A DNA stretch of 64,000 nt from Oikopleura dioica. Lineage: Eukaryota; Animalia; Chordata. This document shows positions 45,929-57,763 of the stretch, piece by piece (position 1 is the first letter of the stretch; the number at the start of each line of letters is the position of its first letter). Location of the stretch: contig OU015568.1 in NCBI GenBank assembly GCA_907165135.1, forward strand, positions 12,710,001 through 12,774,000, written 5' to 3'. The notes beneath the pieces are model-generated. The model had not been told where the DNA came from. It saw only the letters and a program-made list of their open reading frames with translations, and did not search any database. Made by a program: the position numbers and the translations under genes.

Positions 45929-48315
45929 ATGGGACTGAGTCAGTGGCGTGTTCTTTTTGCGACTGTTGTCGCAGTTGTCGGCTCGTATGATCTCTCAGAT
46001 TGTCTTCAAGTTCATGGCTCGCCGTGGATTCCGCATGAGGCCTATTGCGACCCCGAGTTAGGTCATGCTTATAGCGAGCACTGCCGAGAACCGCTGGATA
46101 CGACAACAACCGTAAGCACGACGAGCACTTTACCAACTACTACGAGCACGTCTACAACGCCGCCGAAGGTGATTACAACAACAACAACAAATGAAATTAC
46201 AGAAAGACCCTCTACAATACGACCACCTCCAGTGCCTTCCTCCTCTTCCGAGACACCTACTTCCACGAATTCACCGATTCCATGGAAAAGTTCAACAATC
46301 TCTCCGGAAGAAAACAAAAATGAATCAATGTATGTTGAAATATAAGGGTATACTTGAGAACTATGTCACTTTTTTTTGCATGGTATAGGTAAAATTTATG
46401 TAAAATAATTTTTAATGTGGTCGAATTTGGAAACTTGCTAGGTGCCACATAGCAATTTTAGTATACCATGCGATCAAAGTATACCTAGCAAATTTTGATA
46501 CCATGCAATTTCAATTTTTATTTTCAAATATAAAATTCGGAAATGAGATAAAATCTTTTGAGCGCGAATTTATATACCGATGAAATATTATGGAAAACAT
46601 AATCGACTTAATCTTTTTGAACTTTTTCTTTGTTTACGGATTATTTTTTCCATAATTCTCAAAAATTGTTATTAATTTTTCCACGGAATTTATTTTAATT
46701 CCAAAACACGTGATTACGGCTAATGGAATTTTTAGTTTTCTACGAATTCTGTGGATCATCGTTGCGGTCTTCTGTGCTCTTGGATGTTGCCCGGTGATGT
46801 GCCTCAAATACAAGTATCGCCACGAATCATTGCCAAAAATCATCCGTGTCTGGGGTCGTCAACTTCGCGATTTCTTTTTGGATTTGATTTTTTTTCCGTT
46901 TGATTTTGTCGCATACTGTTGTTGCAACAATCAACGGGGCCAAGAAAATCAGATTATTTGGGGTGCGCGAAGAGCCGAACGCCTTTTGTTCTTTTGTCCT
47001 CCTTGCTGCCGAGAAGAGCGACGCCCGGGCGAGATATTGGAAGAGATTGTCCAATTTAGCCGCAACAGTAGCCGATATGGAAGTGGCAGCCGTATTTACC
47101 ACGGGGAATTCAGCGGCGGCCGATATGCAGGTATATTTGGCCACTGTCTTTTAAAAACTTAACACTTTTTTAGCTAACCGATCTACTCGACACATGCGGC
47201 GAGACGATCGTTATTTTCAAGCGCAGCAGCAGCAAAATGCCAACAGTACTCTTCAGTATCAGCGCTTGGTAAATGAGGAAGAAAGAAAACGCCGGGAAAT
47301 GAGTCGCCAAAGGGAAGAACAAACGCGACAACATGAAGAACAGCAGCGACTTCAACGGCGGTTGGAACAGATTGAAATGGAAGAGCGAAGGCAGCAGGAG
47401 CATCAGCCGCCGCCCACAAACACTACTCAATCTCAGACTTCCTCAGAACAACAAAAACCACGGCCTACGGTTACACCAAAGCAGTGCGCACCTCCTCGTC
47501 GTTTTAGTTGGTTAAACAATCGCTCCAGAGACACAGACGACGATGAAAGCGACAGCCGTGGCAATTGGTCGACGGCTAGTTCTAACAACAGAAGCACTTC
47601 TAAAAGCAGCTCCTTTTTTCGAATGTTTTCCTTTCGGAAAAAGAAAGCATCTGAAGGACAAGGCGATACTTTAGATGGTTCTATTGTTCGTGATACAACA
47701 ACGTTGTCTGAGGATACCCCGCCGGAGCGACGACCAACTATTCCAGATGATAGTCCACCGACATACGCGTCAATTAATTTCGATGTGCCTGCAAGTCGAG
47801 GTCAACAGGAACAATTACGACTCTCAATTACTACAGACGAGTCTGATGTCGACGAATATGAATCCCCAAAATTGACTGGTGCTCAAGCGGCCGCGGAAAT
47901 GGACCAACAATGGAAACGATCGACCTTGTCTATCTGTAGCGAAAAAAGCAGCAGTAGCAGTGATGTTTCGTCGACTACAATGGGCGAGTTGCTGCGGTTA
48001 AATTTAATCTCGTCTGAAGAAAGCGTCGACGAGCAACAAAATGCAGAATCCATGCCGCTCTCACAAGAAGAAAACTGCGATCAAAAGAAAGTCGTAAAGA
48101 CAGAGGTGGAAGAAGAGGATAAGCACGAAGTCAAGTACGAGTCTCCGGTAAATACATCTACGCCGATCTCAGCTGTTCGCGCAAATCCTCGATTAACCTA
48201 TCTAAAACGCCGGGAAATGCCAGTACCCCCAAGCCCACTCGCCTCTAACAGCTTCGATGGTCGTCTAAATACAATCGTCGAAGATTCTTCTGATGAGGTG
48301 AGTGTAGTAAAATAA
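45929..48315 (+). CDS. Orphan type I membrane protein (signal peptide, mucin-like stalk, TM, Cys-rich juxtamembrane region, long low-complexity tail)
   Basis: MGLSQWRVLFATVVAVVGS, Thr-rich stalk, ILWIIVAVFCALGCCPVMC, YCCC and CPPCC motifs, splice to the 47194 ORF. Confidence 0.6.
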
Positions 48316-48914
48316 TGCGTTGGAAGGCCCGTTCGTGCTTTATTTTCCGTTAAGCTTTTCCGCTTGGTTTGACGTCCGGTGAATATGTCGACCGGATGAT
48401 TTAGGGCCAGCCTGTGCGGTAGCGGCACAGATGCGTTGGCCATCCCAAAATCCATTTTCCATCCGACCCAAGGCGTTCGTTTTCCACCACACATGGCCCC
48501 CTGACCTTTCCTTCGAGGGTTAGTTTTTCCGTCGGACTAGTGACTAGACAGGATGGCCCTGCGGTTTTAATACAGATGTGGCGACGATCCGGAGAGCTTA
48601 ATTTCCATCCTTACCAAGGCTTCAGTTTCACTACACTTGCGGTTTTCGTCTACTAGACTAGAATATTAAAACGGCGTGGCAACTTTTAAATTCGAATACA
48701 CACCCAAACCTTGTAGAATTTTCCACTTGAAAGGCTATCAGATCATTTCGCGCCTAATATTGATCAAAATCTTGCGAGAAATTTGTGCTTGAGATAACAT
48801 ATCATTTTACCGGAAATTGTTTTATGTTTTGAGTGATCTCGCGGAAGTACCTAGTGGTCGCACCTGTCATAAATCTTCTTATAAACGAGTTTAACTCAAA
48901 CAAACTCAAACAAA

Positions 48915-50350
48915 ATGATTGTTCCCGTTGAACAAATTAAACCAAAGAAAAAGAGCGTTGCCAAAAAAGTGGCAAAATTTTTTAAACGCCAGTTCGTCGA
49001 GTATCGATACCCCGTAAACGAGATCAATGGAAAAGCACTCTGGATCGACACCCATACTAACCAAAACCTCGGAGCCATGACAAAAGCGTCTGTCAAAGCA
49101 GTCATGAATTGTCCACCGTCAATGCCTAAACTTCAGCCAAAAGCATTCGGATTGACTCCGCTCGTCACAAAAGAGGAACCCCCAATGTACTCTCACTTTT
49201 CAGACGAAACGCTGAAATACGCTACGATAAGAAGGTCTTATTCTGTCCGTTACCGCACAGCTTCCCGATTCAACTAACTTTATTTGCTCTAACCTTTTCT
49301 ATATTTTAATTTGCAATTTGATTTGAATAAATTATTCCAAAAAAAACTTAGTGTAAAAGTACGTTTAGGAGAAAGATGCTAAAGACTCGCCAACATTGAC
49401 CAAGTTGCTGAACGAGACACGCGCAAAATACCACGCGATGAAAAATTCCACGGTCAAGGGCGAGACAAAGCCGTATGCCAGCCTTACTGCGGATAGTCCA
49501 ATGACGCTCAAATTTAAAACTGCAGCTGCGGATAAACCATTGGAGGCGACCGATCAACAAAACCGGGTCTTAATGCCACAAGTGGCCTCAGTTTCCGTCA
49601 GTCAAGATAAGGACAACGTGGCGGATAAGGAAAACATGAAGCCAATTCGACAAGATTCGAATTCAAACTACACCGACTGCATGATGCATGTGACTCCAAG
49701 CGATGATGAGTTTTTTAGCTTTGACAGTATTACCTCGCCCGCTGAATTTTCAAAAAGGTATTGTGTTGTTTCTGTAGTGTTGTTATGTTTATTACTTTTT
49801 ATAAGTCTAATGGCACCTTCGCGATTTACGCCGCGCGATCTCAAGGAGTACACTCCGACTGCCATCCCAAAAAAAGAGACAGTGGAGGAAGAAAGTGATG
49901 ACAGTGACGTTGACGTAGTCAACGACGATAAAATGAAAGAAGAGCCACAAGATGGAGACGAATCGTCAAGCCAAGGCTCGTCGCACTTGGGCTCCGTAGA
50001 AACTCGCTCGACAGAATCCAGTGGAGCGCCTTCGAACTTGTCCTTCATCACGTCAACGGCGTCAGTAAATACAGCGTCTACAACATCGACCACAAGTACA
50101 AAGACTACGACCTCGTCGAAAAGTTCTACTTCGTCGATCTCAACCTTGTACTCGGATGACTCTTCATCGTCTAAACCAAAACGGTACTTTTGCTTTAAGC
50201 CATTATGAAACTTATTAAAAATTCTTTAGCCGACGACCTTGTGTTTCACCGTTCCAACGAGAAGGTTCAATTCGAAAATCGCGACGCTCAACTGCCGGAC
50301 AGCCTCCAAAGCGCTTTGGCTACACTCATGCGGATCATTCTGCTAAATAA
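48915..50350 (+). CDS. Orphan Ser/Thr-rich protein(s)
   Basis: ORFs 48915-49277 and 49396-50208 with splice sites; ends ..RKSRRSTAGQPPKRFGYTHADHSAK. Confidence 0.5.
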
Positions 50351-50598
50351 GTTTTTATTTTCTGTGCAGTAGCTGTTAGGTTTTATTTTTTAAATCATTA
50401 TTTTATGTCGCTCTTTTTGTCGGATTATTACAGAAGCAGCAGCAGCTTTATCTGATGATGGCTCCATCTAACGCCTCGTCTCACTTTCTCCCTCTGTCTC
50501 CTCCTTATAATTAAAATGATCTAGTCGCTCAACTTTAAACTGCACACTCACTCACTTTACCGAAAATAAAGTAAAAAATGTGTTAATGAACTGTCACA

Positions 50599-51674
50599 AT
50601 GCAAAGCAATCGTTTTTTCCAGAGGGAGCAGAAAGATCCATTGTCGTTAATAACAGCAACTATGTCGAAGGCTGCTGCAGTTACGATTGCCAACAGCAGT
50701 CCGCAACACAGCTCCAACAGCAACTTTTCACGGGCAGTCGGGTCGGTACCAATTTATCAACTACCAACACCCAAGCAACGCCCATCGATCCTGTCGTCTC
50801 ATCCAGTACGATATCCAGTGCCGGCGTTTCAATCTCCAAACACGCTAATCCCTCCGTCAAGAATCGATTGCCACATTCCTCCAAAAAGAACGCGACAAGA
50901 GCTTACCAGCACGGACCCCGTAATTCGCCTTATACGGCGAAAATTAAAACAAGATGCGATTGTCCAGAAAAAAGCCATTCAAGCAATATCATCATTGAGA
51001 CACGCCGTGCAATCACCACCAAAAAGTCAAGATCAGATATCACTGCAAACAATGCATGCACCATCGACAAGTCCTCTCAGCGAAGACTCCGACAACGAGA
51101 AAGCCCTTCCACTCTCACCGGTGCCCGTCCTTCGGATGACAAACTCGTCTCTTCCATCACAATCGGTAATTTACTATTTTTGAAAAAAGTAAGTAAAAAC
51201 TTTTTAAGAGCTGCCCAGGCAGCAAGAGTGTCAGCAGCTCCGAGACTATCAACAGCCGACGCAGCAGCAGTCAACACACAGCGATGCTGGTAGAATCACA
51301 AGTACCAAGCGATCGTCCGGAGGAAGTGGAGCAGTCTCATCGCTGTCTCCAATCGTTAATTTGTTGCCCATCGAAAACGGAAATCAGAAGCTTTCCACGA
51401 GCGTATCAAGTTTTTCTCCTCAAAGCGGCGGCAACCATTTTCCTTTGCGTAACGCTGCTTCTGATCGGCTACAGTTTGGGAAATTGGCAAACGATTCCGG
51501 CGTCCACAACTCAATTGCCTGCGAAAGCACCCGACGGCTCAATACTCATTCCAACTGTGTACACGCAAGCGCTGGTAAACCTTCTGAACACACTTCAAAG
51601 CGGTAATCTTGCTATTTCAATCCTGCTATTAATCGTTAAATTAAGATTACGAATTTGCGTTTCCGAGAAGATAA
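50599..51674 (+). CDS. Hypothetical Ser/Pro-rich protein with a C-terminal TM segment
   Basis: ORF 50599-51183 spliced to an exon containing AAATIFLCVTLLLIGYSLG. May instead be fused to the next gene. Confidence 0.45.
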
Positions 51675-51763
51675 ATATTGAAAGTGAGCGTTTCGATCGC
51701 GAAATTCGTAATGCTATTTCTGCCGAAGTTTTAAACGGTCAGGGATTCTTTAGTCAAAATGCA

Positions 51764-54285
51764 ATGGACTTTTTTTCTGTTGCTGACTCTGGAACACCTC
51801 AACAAACTATATTACAAAATCCCTGGCGAAAAAACTTATTCCTGAACACTACAGCGTCTGACTGGCAAAAAATACAAAATCGGATGTTAGCAGATCCTAT
51901 TGCAATGGGATTTGTTCTTCAGTATGAAGATTCATCGACGGAAAGTGCACTCAAAAAGCAAACGTCCTCAAATGGAATACCCACTCTGGAATCGCGTCTG
52001 GCCCCAACTCTAAGCGATGACAATCGTTATTTTTCAACGATAAAGCCATTTTTGAAAACGCCTGACGAAGATGACGATCTCTGTTATTATCTACAGTCGG
52101 TATTTCCAGACAAATTCGATACGTACTTAATATCCATTGACGGTCTGCTTGGAAATATAAAATGGGAAACTGCATCCGGAGCACTGGCGAATCTTGAATT
52201 TTACTATGCACTCTTGGATCCTACGTATCGGACGTTTATCGAAGATGGCGAGGTTTGTTCAACTCTGGTGTCAAACACGTTAACAAATATCAACCCATCA
52301 CTTCCGACGATTTTTTACAATCTCCCGCAGATCCGGTCAAGAAACGCTCCTAAACAGTCACATCCACGGACCGATTTGGGCTATGATTTTCATCATGGAA
52401 TGAGTATTACTCGTGAATTGGTCTCTCTGATTTCTTCATTTTCAACACAAAGTTACTGTATCGCCAAAAAACACTTGGCAGATGCAGCATTTGACGCGTT
52501 TAAATCAGCAAAATTTGAAAGTGAGATGCAAAACCTTCAAGACGAGCACTCTTACGATGATGAGGTAAATATTTCTGCAGACGGAAATTCGAACGACGCT
52601 GCGGTCCATGATGAAAAAAAGTCCAAAACGCAAATGCGTAAAAGTGCCCGTCTTGATGAAAAGCGTCGCGAAAACCAAGTAAAAGAAATGAAACGGCTCG
52701 CGTTTGAAGCTTATATTGACATATGCAAAGATGCGAAAAAATCAATTATTGAGGAAGGAGAAATAGAAGAACCTACTGTTCCAATCAACGACAAAAACTA
52801 CGATTACGAATCGAGCCCTTACTTTTTAACGTCGGCATACTTCGAAGACACCGATCTTTTTAAATATCTCTCGCTGTTAGGAAAAACCGCATCCAGTGTG
52901 TTTTCTTTTTATCAGCCGTGTTCTTTACTACGTTCCAATGATGCTGAAAGTCAAGAGCTTCTGAAAAAGCTTCCTCATGCGCTACTTAACGATTGGCGAA
53001 TTGGAACTACTGCTTCAAGCAAAAGCAGTCAAAAGAAGAGACACTATACATTTTACTCTACTGCAACAGCGTCAATGCGCGGTTCATGCTGCTTCAATGA
53101 TGAAAGTTTGAAAAAGCAAAATTGTTTAATCAAGACATCTTCCGAATTTATCTGCTTAAGGATCATGTCGAGAATGCTGCTTTTCACCTGCTTGTTTCCA
53201 TGAGGCGCGAGTTTGAAAATTTTTGTCAAGAATTAAGAGCACGGGCTCATCAGATTCTAAGATTTACAAAACAAGAAGAAGAAATCATCTCTTCGTATTT
53301 ACTTGGCGAAGAGGAAACAGCTGAGCAAAAGCGCAATCGCTTGAGAACAATGAAGATGCACTTACGATCGAGAAAGCAGCTTTTACTATGTCAGAGAAGA
53401 CAGATCAAGAGTTTTCTCTCCAAATTATTGGTAGTCTACTGCAACTTTGTTTCCAGTTGCGCAACTTCAAGCGGAAAAACGTATCCTGTCAAGACGGCTT
53501 GCTCACACGAAGACTATTCATTTACGCAATCGTCTTTCATTTCTCCGCTAAGTGCTGAAAATGGGAATAAAAAATGTTCCAGATGCGAAAGCAAACTTAA
53601 CAATGCGACAAAGCGAATTCAACAATTGAATGATTTCCACTGTCGATTACCAAAACAAATATTAAAATTTTCTACGTTACAGATGGAGGATGTTTTTGCT
53701 TTTGCAAAACGCCGCTACTGCCTTCCAAAAGATTCATTCATAATCTTTGACATTTCAAAATGGCCCGATAAAGAAAAAGCTTCATTTCTTCCTCAAAAAC
53801 GTATTGATGACCAACGCGAAGATAACAATGAAGCGGAACAAATTGGTAACGATTTTACGCATGTACATTGGATAAAATATGTTTAGCCAAATTACGCCAG
53901 TCGATAGAACACCCGGAAGGATCAACGGACAAGCCACAATTGCCAGAGGATGCACACAGTGCCACGGACGAGGTAAGAGCACCACCTTTTACGATGCTTC
54001 TTCAACATTTTTAGCAATATAAAAAGAAGTACAATTCATCTGGAGATACACAAACACCTCCAAAGAGAGTTTGTTTAGCCAAATTACGCCAGTCGATAGA
54101 ACACCCGGAAGGATCAACGGACAAGCCACAATTGCCAGAGGATGCACACAGTGCCACGGACGAGGTAAGAGCACCACCTTTTACGATGCTTCTTCAACAT
54201 TTTTAGCAATATAAAAAGAAGTACAATTCATCTATTGTACTTCTTACAGGAGATACACAAACACCTCCAAAGAGAGTTTCGTTGA
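51764..54285 (+). CDS. Large hypothetical protein
   Basis: Long open frames (51284-53203, 53122-53886) joinable by a 53-nt GT-AG intron. No domain recognised. Confidence 0.55.
53880..54279 (+). repeat. Tandem duplication with 192-bp period covering an exon and its flanking intron sequence
   Basis: 53880-54040 is identical to 54072-54232. The first copy lacks the ATTGTACTTCTTACA segment of the downstream splice acceptor. Confidence 0.93.
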
Positions 54286-54416
54286 GTCCCGCGTCTGCCA
54301 TACCGTCATCATTATCACCTTCAAGTCTCTCGCCAGCGTCAGACGCTCCGGTAAATCCTGTCAATGTTACCAAAGGTAAAACTTGGAAGTTTATAAGCAG
54401 GATTTGACATTATTCC

Positions 54417-57245
54417 TTAAGAAAACCACTCTTCCGGAAAGATCAGCAGTTTCCCAAGTGGCTCCACCATCACAGCTACCGAGCGCTCTATCTTCAACGA
54501 TTTCTCTGCCTCAAGATCGGCTTCCTGATTCTTTGCCTTTTTCTTCTCCCTCTTTGTTTCAGGAAATGATTGTAGATATTTCTCGCCCCAAGTTTGCTCC
54601 ATGCTTTTCATCACACAAGCTTGCGCAGAAATCAACATACCAAGAGTTACTTCATCCCCAGGTGATTCCAACAGCTCTTTCATTATTTCTCCATCGACAC
54701 CAAGAGATGCAGATGTTTCGGAAAAGTATTCCTTGTGAAGTTCCAAGATCTTATTTGATCGCGTCTTCGTGTCGCGTATCGATTTGATTTCATCAACTTT
54801 TTTGTAGAACTTGACTTGTTTATCGAAATGGAAGCTTTTCGCAAAACGCTGGAAGAACTCAAAATGGACTGGGTCCCTAAGGCAATCAACCAAATGGCTC
54901 GGTCGAACTGTTGGACGTTTGAATACAACGCCGCCTTTTCGGATGCTCGGTCGAAGCCAACCAGGGCCTTCTTCTCTAGGCTCTTTCCGAATTATAATTT
55001 TCTTCGATGGCCCTTGTGGAACGTCAAGATATTCTTTTGTCGCTGCTTCAGCCAATTTTCTTCCAGAGATTTTCTGATCTCTCAGAAAAACTGGCTTATT
55101 TTTGACATCATCTGTTTCTTCTTTTGCTTTGAAGCTTGAATAGACAAAATTCGATGAGTTTTTGACAGTTTCGTAGGCAGTGAAACATTGCTTCCCAATG
55201 GGAGTCGGATTCTCGCCAAAAATCATTTCAGATGAATTGTAAAAAGTGCTCCTTGGTATCCTCTTTTCCATTTCTAGAGCAACACAGAATGACTTAGAAT
55301 CTTTCTTGGCGAATTTTAGCCAAAAAGGTTCCATGAACTCGATACACCGTCTGAAGACGGCTCTCAGCGGCCATGGGAAATGCGTACACTCTTGAATCTC
55401 CATCAAAACAATAAACGAGCCGTAGTCCGTAACTCCAGGAATCAACGGACCGAGACGGTCATCAGCAACAAATCTTTGAACAAGATCTTTGAGTCTTTGA
55501 ACCTTTTCCACGCGCATTATCAGGGAGAAATCCTCGCGGAAGCGTTCCAATTCGAGAACAAATAAAAGAGTAAACGCAGCTTGCTGCTCATCACACTTCA
55601 CTGTGTTCAGCTTTCAATAGAGCCATTCTTAGAAAAACATAATTTGTGGCTAGCTTTATTGAAAGCCCTGGCTAAATATTCTTGAAAAGGACCGGCAGCG
55701 TATTCATCAGCTCGAATACTGTTGATGATGTGCTGCTTCGATTTGCGGAAGAGAGCATCGTTTTTCTGACTGTATTCTTGTTTATCGTCAATGTCTTCTT
55801 CAAAACCAGAATCGTTGTCAGCAGCTTCTGATTTCAAGTCCTTTGCAGCTGTTTCTGAGGTCTTGTTTGGTTTCAGGAGCATCAAGAAATCGATTGATGA
55901 ACATTTATTTTATTCACTTTTGTTTACTTATAATACGGCACTTTAATTACTGAAACCCTTGCCCGTGGACGATCTCCAATGTACTCAGAAAGAGCATTGA
56001 AATCGAGGCTTTTATTCGGATTTGGCAATGAATTGAGCTTCTTCGCTCCGTTTTGCCTATTTTTTGAACTGACAAATTTTTGTTGTTTTGTTTTTGTGAG
56101 GAATTGAGGAAGCCAGTAGGACAGAATAACATCCTGTACTCGATCAAGAACCCTCAGAATACTTAATCACGAATAGTTTTCGATAAAAATACTTTTGGGT
56201 GAAGATAGAAGGATTTGTTGTGTCGAATTTCTGGAAATATGTTCTTGGGAGACACCAAGGACTTATGGCGTCAAAAAACTTGTCACTTGAATCAGGTTGC
56301 TGTCAGACTAGTTAAACATTTGATGCTTGCTTTAGATATCTCCAAGTTTGATTATGATTTGTTTGCTGATCAACCCGTTCCGAAGTTTCGCGAGTGCAAG
56401 TCGTCTATCGCGGTCTTTATCACGGCTTGATCAAGTCCAGTCAATGAAGTGTACTAACAAAACTACAGTATCAACGTGTGCTTTTGAAATCTCAGCAAAT
56501 ATGCACACAAACTCGAAAAGTCCTGCTTCTGATGAGGCGTTGTTTGCTACAAGAGTGGAACTGTCATAATTATAGTATTCACGTGCCATTGACTGTCAAG
56601 CCGTGCCAGGTGTCTGTGTAAGAACGCGTCGACCGGTTAAATAAAACACAACCAATCGAAGCGATTCGTTCGAGTTCTTTAATCAAGTGGCGATCAAGAA
56701 GTGGCTATTTAATCATTCCAAGGCGTTTGATTTGTACACCAAACATGCCATTTGTCAAATTACGAATTCAGCTGGCTCCACCGTTCCTTCATAAAATAAT
56801 AGAATTTGGCCATTCCAGTCATCTTGGTGAAGACTTCCGCCTGCACAGGAGCCAGCTCGACAGCTATCTCCGGTTTGATTAGATTTGATCCAAGCGAATG
56901 TTGCCTCAGCAAAACCAGAAGCTTGAGCAAATTGTAAATCAATGATTTTTACTCGGAATTGCACCTGATACTCGAGATATAGAGCGCTCTTCAAAAAGAA
57001 CGGGAAACGATGCTCGTAAATCCAAAAAAGAATTCCGAATTTCTTCAATTCTTTTTGAAATTTTGGCTCTCCAACAAACGATCCATTCGTTTTCATATAA
57101 ATTTTCTGCCCATAAACAGGCAACAAGCAAAATTTCGCCATGTAATCATGGAAAGCAGAGTCCTCCATGAGTTTTTTGAAGACATCGAAACTCACTAAAG
57201 TTTTCTAAAGCAATGCCTTTCAATTTTTTCAATACCTTCAGACAT
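54417..57245 (-). CDS. RGS22: RGS22-like multi-RGS-domain protein
   Basis: N-terminal FKKLMEDSAFHDYMAKFCLLPVYG and WIYEHRFPFFLKSALYLEY resemble RGS22. RGS box DCLRDPVHFEFFQRFAKS..FYKKVDEIK..ILELHKEYF. Confidence 0.7.
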
Positions 57246-57763
57246 TTTCTCTTCAAACTGCTTTGATATTTAGACAAGAAAGCGTGTTCTCTCTGATATC
57301 TGTTTTTATATGCTCGGCCGGAAATTCTGTGAATCTGTGAATTTTGCTCCAAGAGATTGTTTGAACTGCTCAGTGCTCTGGCGCCTTTGACCGTGCAACT
57401 TCGGGCTTTGTTTTGTCTTTTCATTGAAACTACGAGAAATACAACTACCTCACAACAGAATTCCTCAAAGGAGGACAATATTCTGCACTTTCCTCTTCAG
57501 TTTAGACAATCTTTCGAAAAGAACGCGTTCTATTTTCAATCAAGCAAAAAGAACGCCAATGTAAGTAATTTTAAGCCCCGAAACTTTATTGATCGGCCTG
57601 AGATAGAAATGGTTAATTCAGAATAAAAAAACTGTGGCAGGCTATTTTTCATTCATACAAATTCTTGAACCGTAAATTTGCTGATATGTTGTATGAAATC
57701 GAAAAGGATATGTACAGTCAGGATAGGAACCTATTTCGGATAGCAAAATACCATTCTATGAAT

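Noticed and set aside
46376-46508. Short imperfect inverted repeat (TTGCATGGTAT...ATACCATGCAA) in an intron
   Set aside because: No TSD or clear termini; at most a decayed MITE remnant.
48530-48670. CTAG-rich segments suggesting a Helitron 3' end, and a minus-strand ..PW* that might complete the SDR
   Set aside because: There is no convincing hairpin or matching TC 5' end, and the PW frame has an upstream stop with no SDR similarity.
53887-53972. CTQCHGRG (DnaJ-type CxxCxGxG) in one frame of the duplicated exon
   Set aside because: That frame is incompatible with the phase of the upstream GT donor, so it is likely coincidental.
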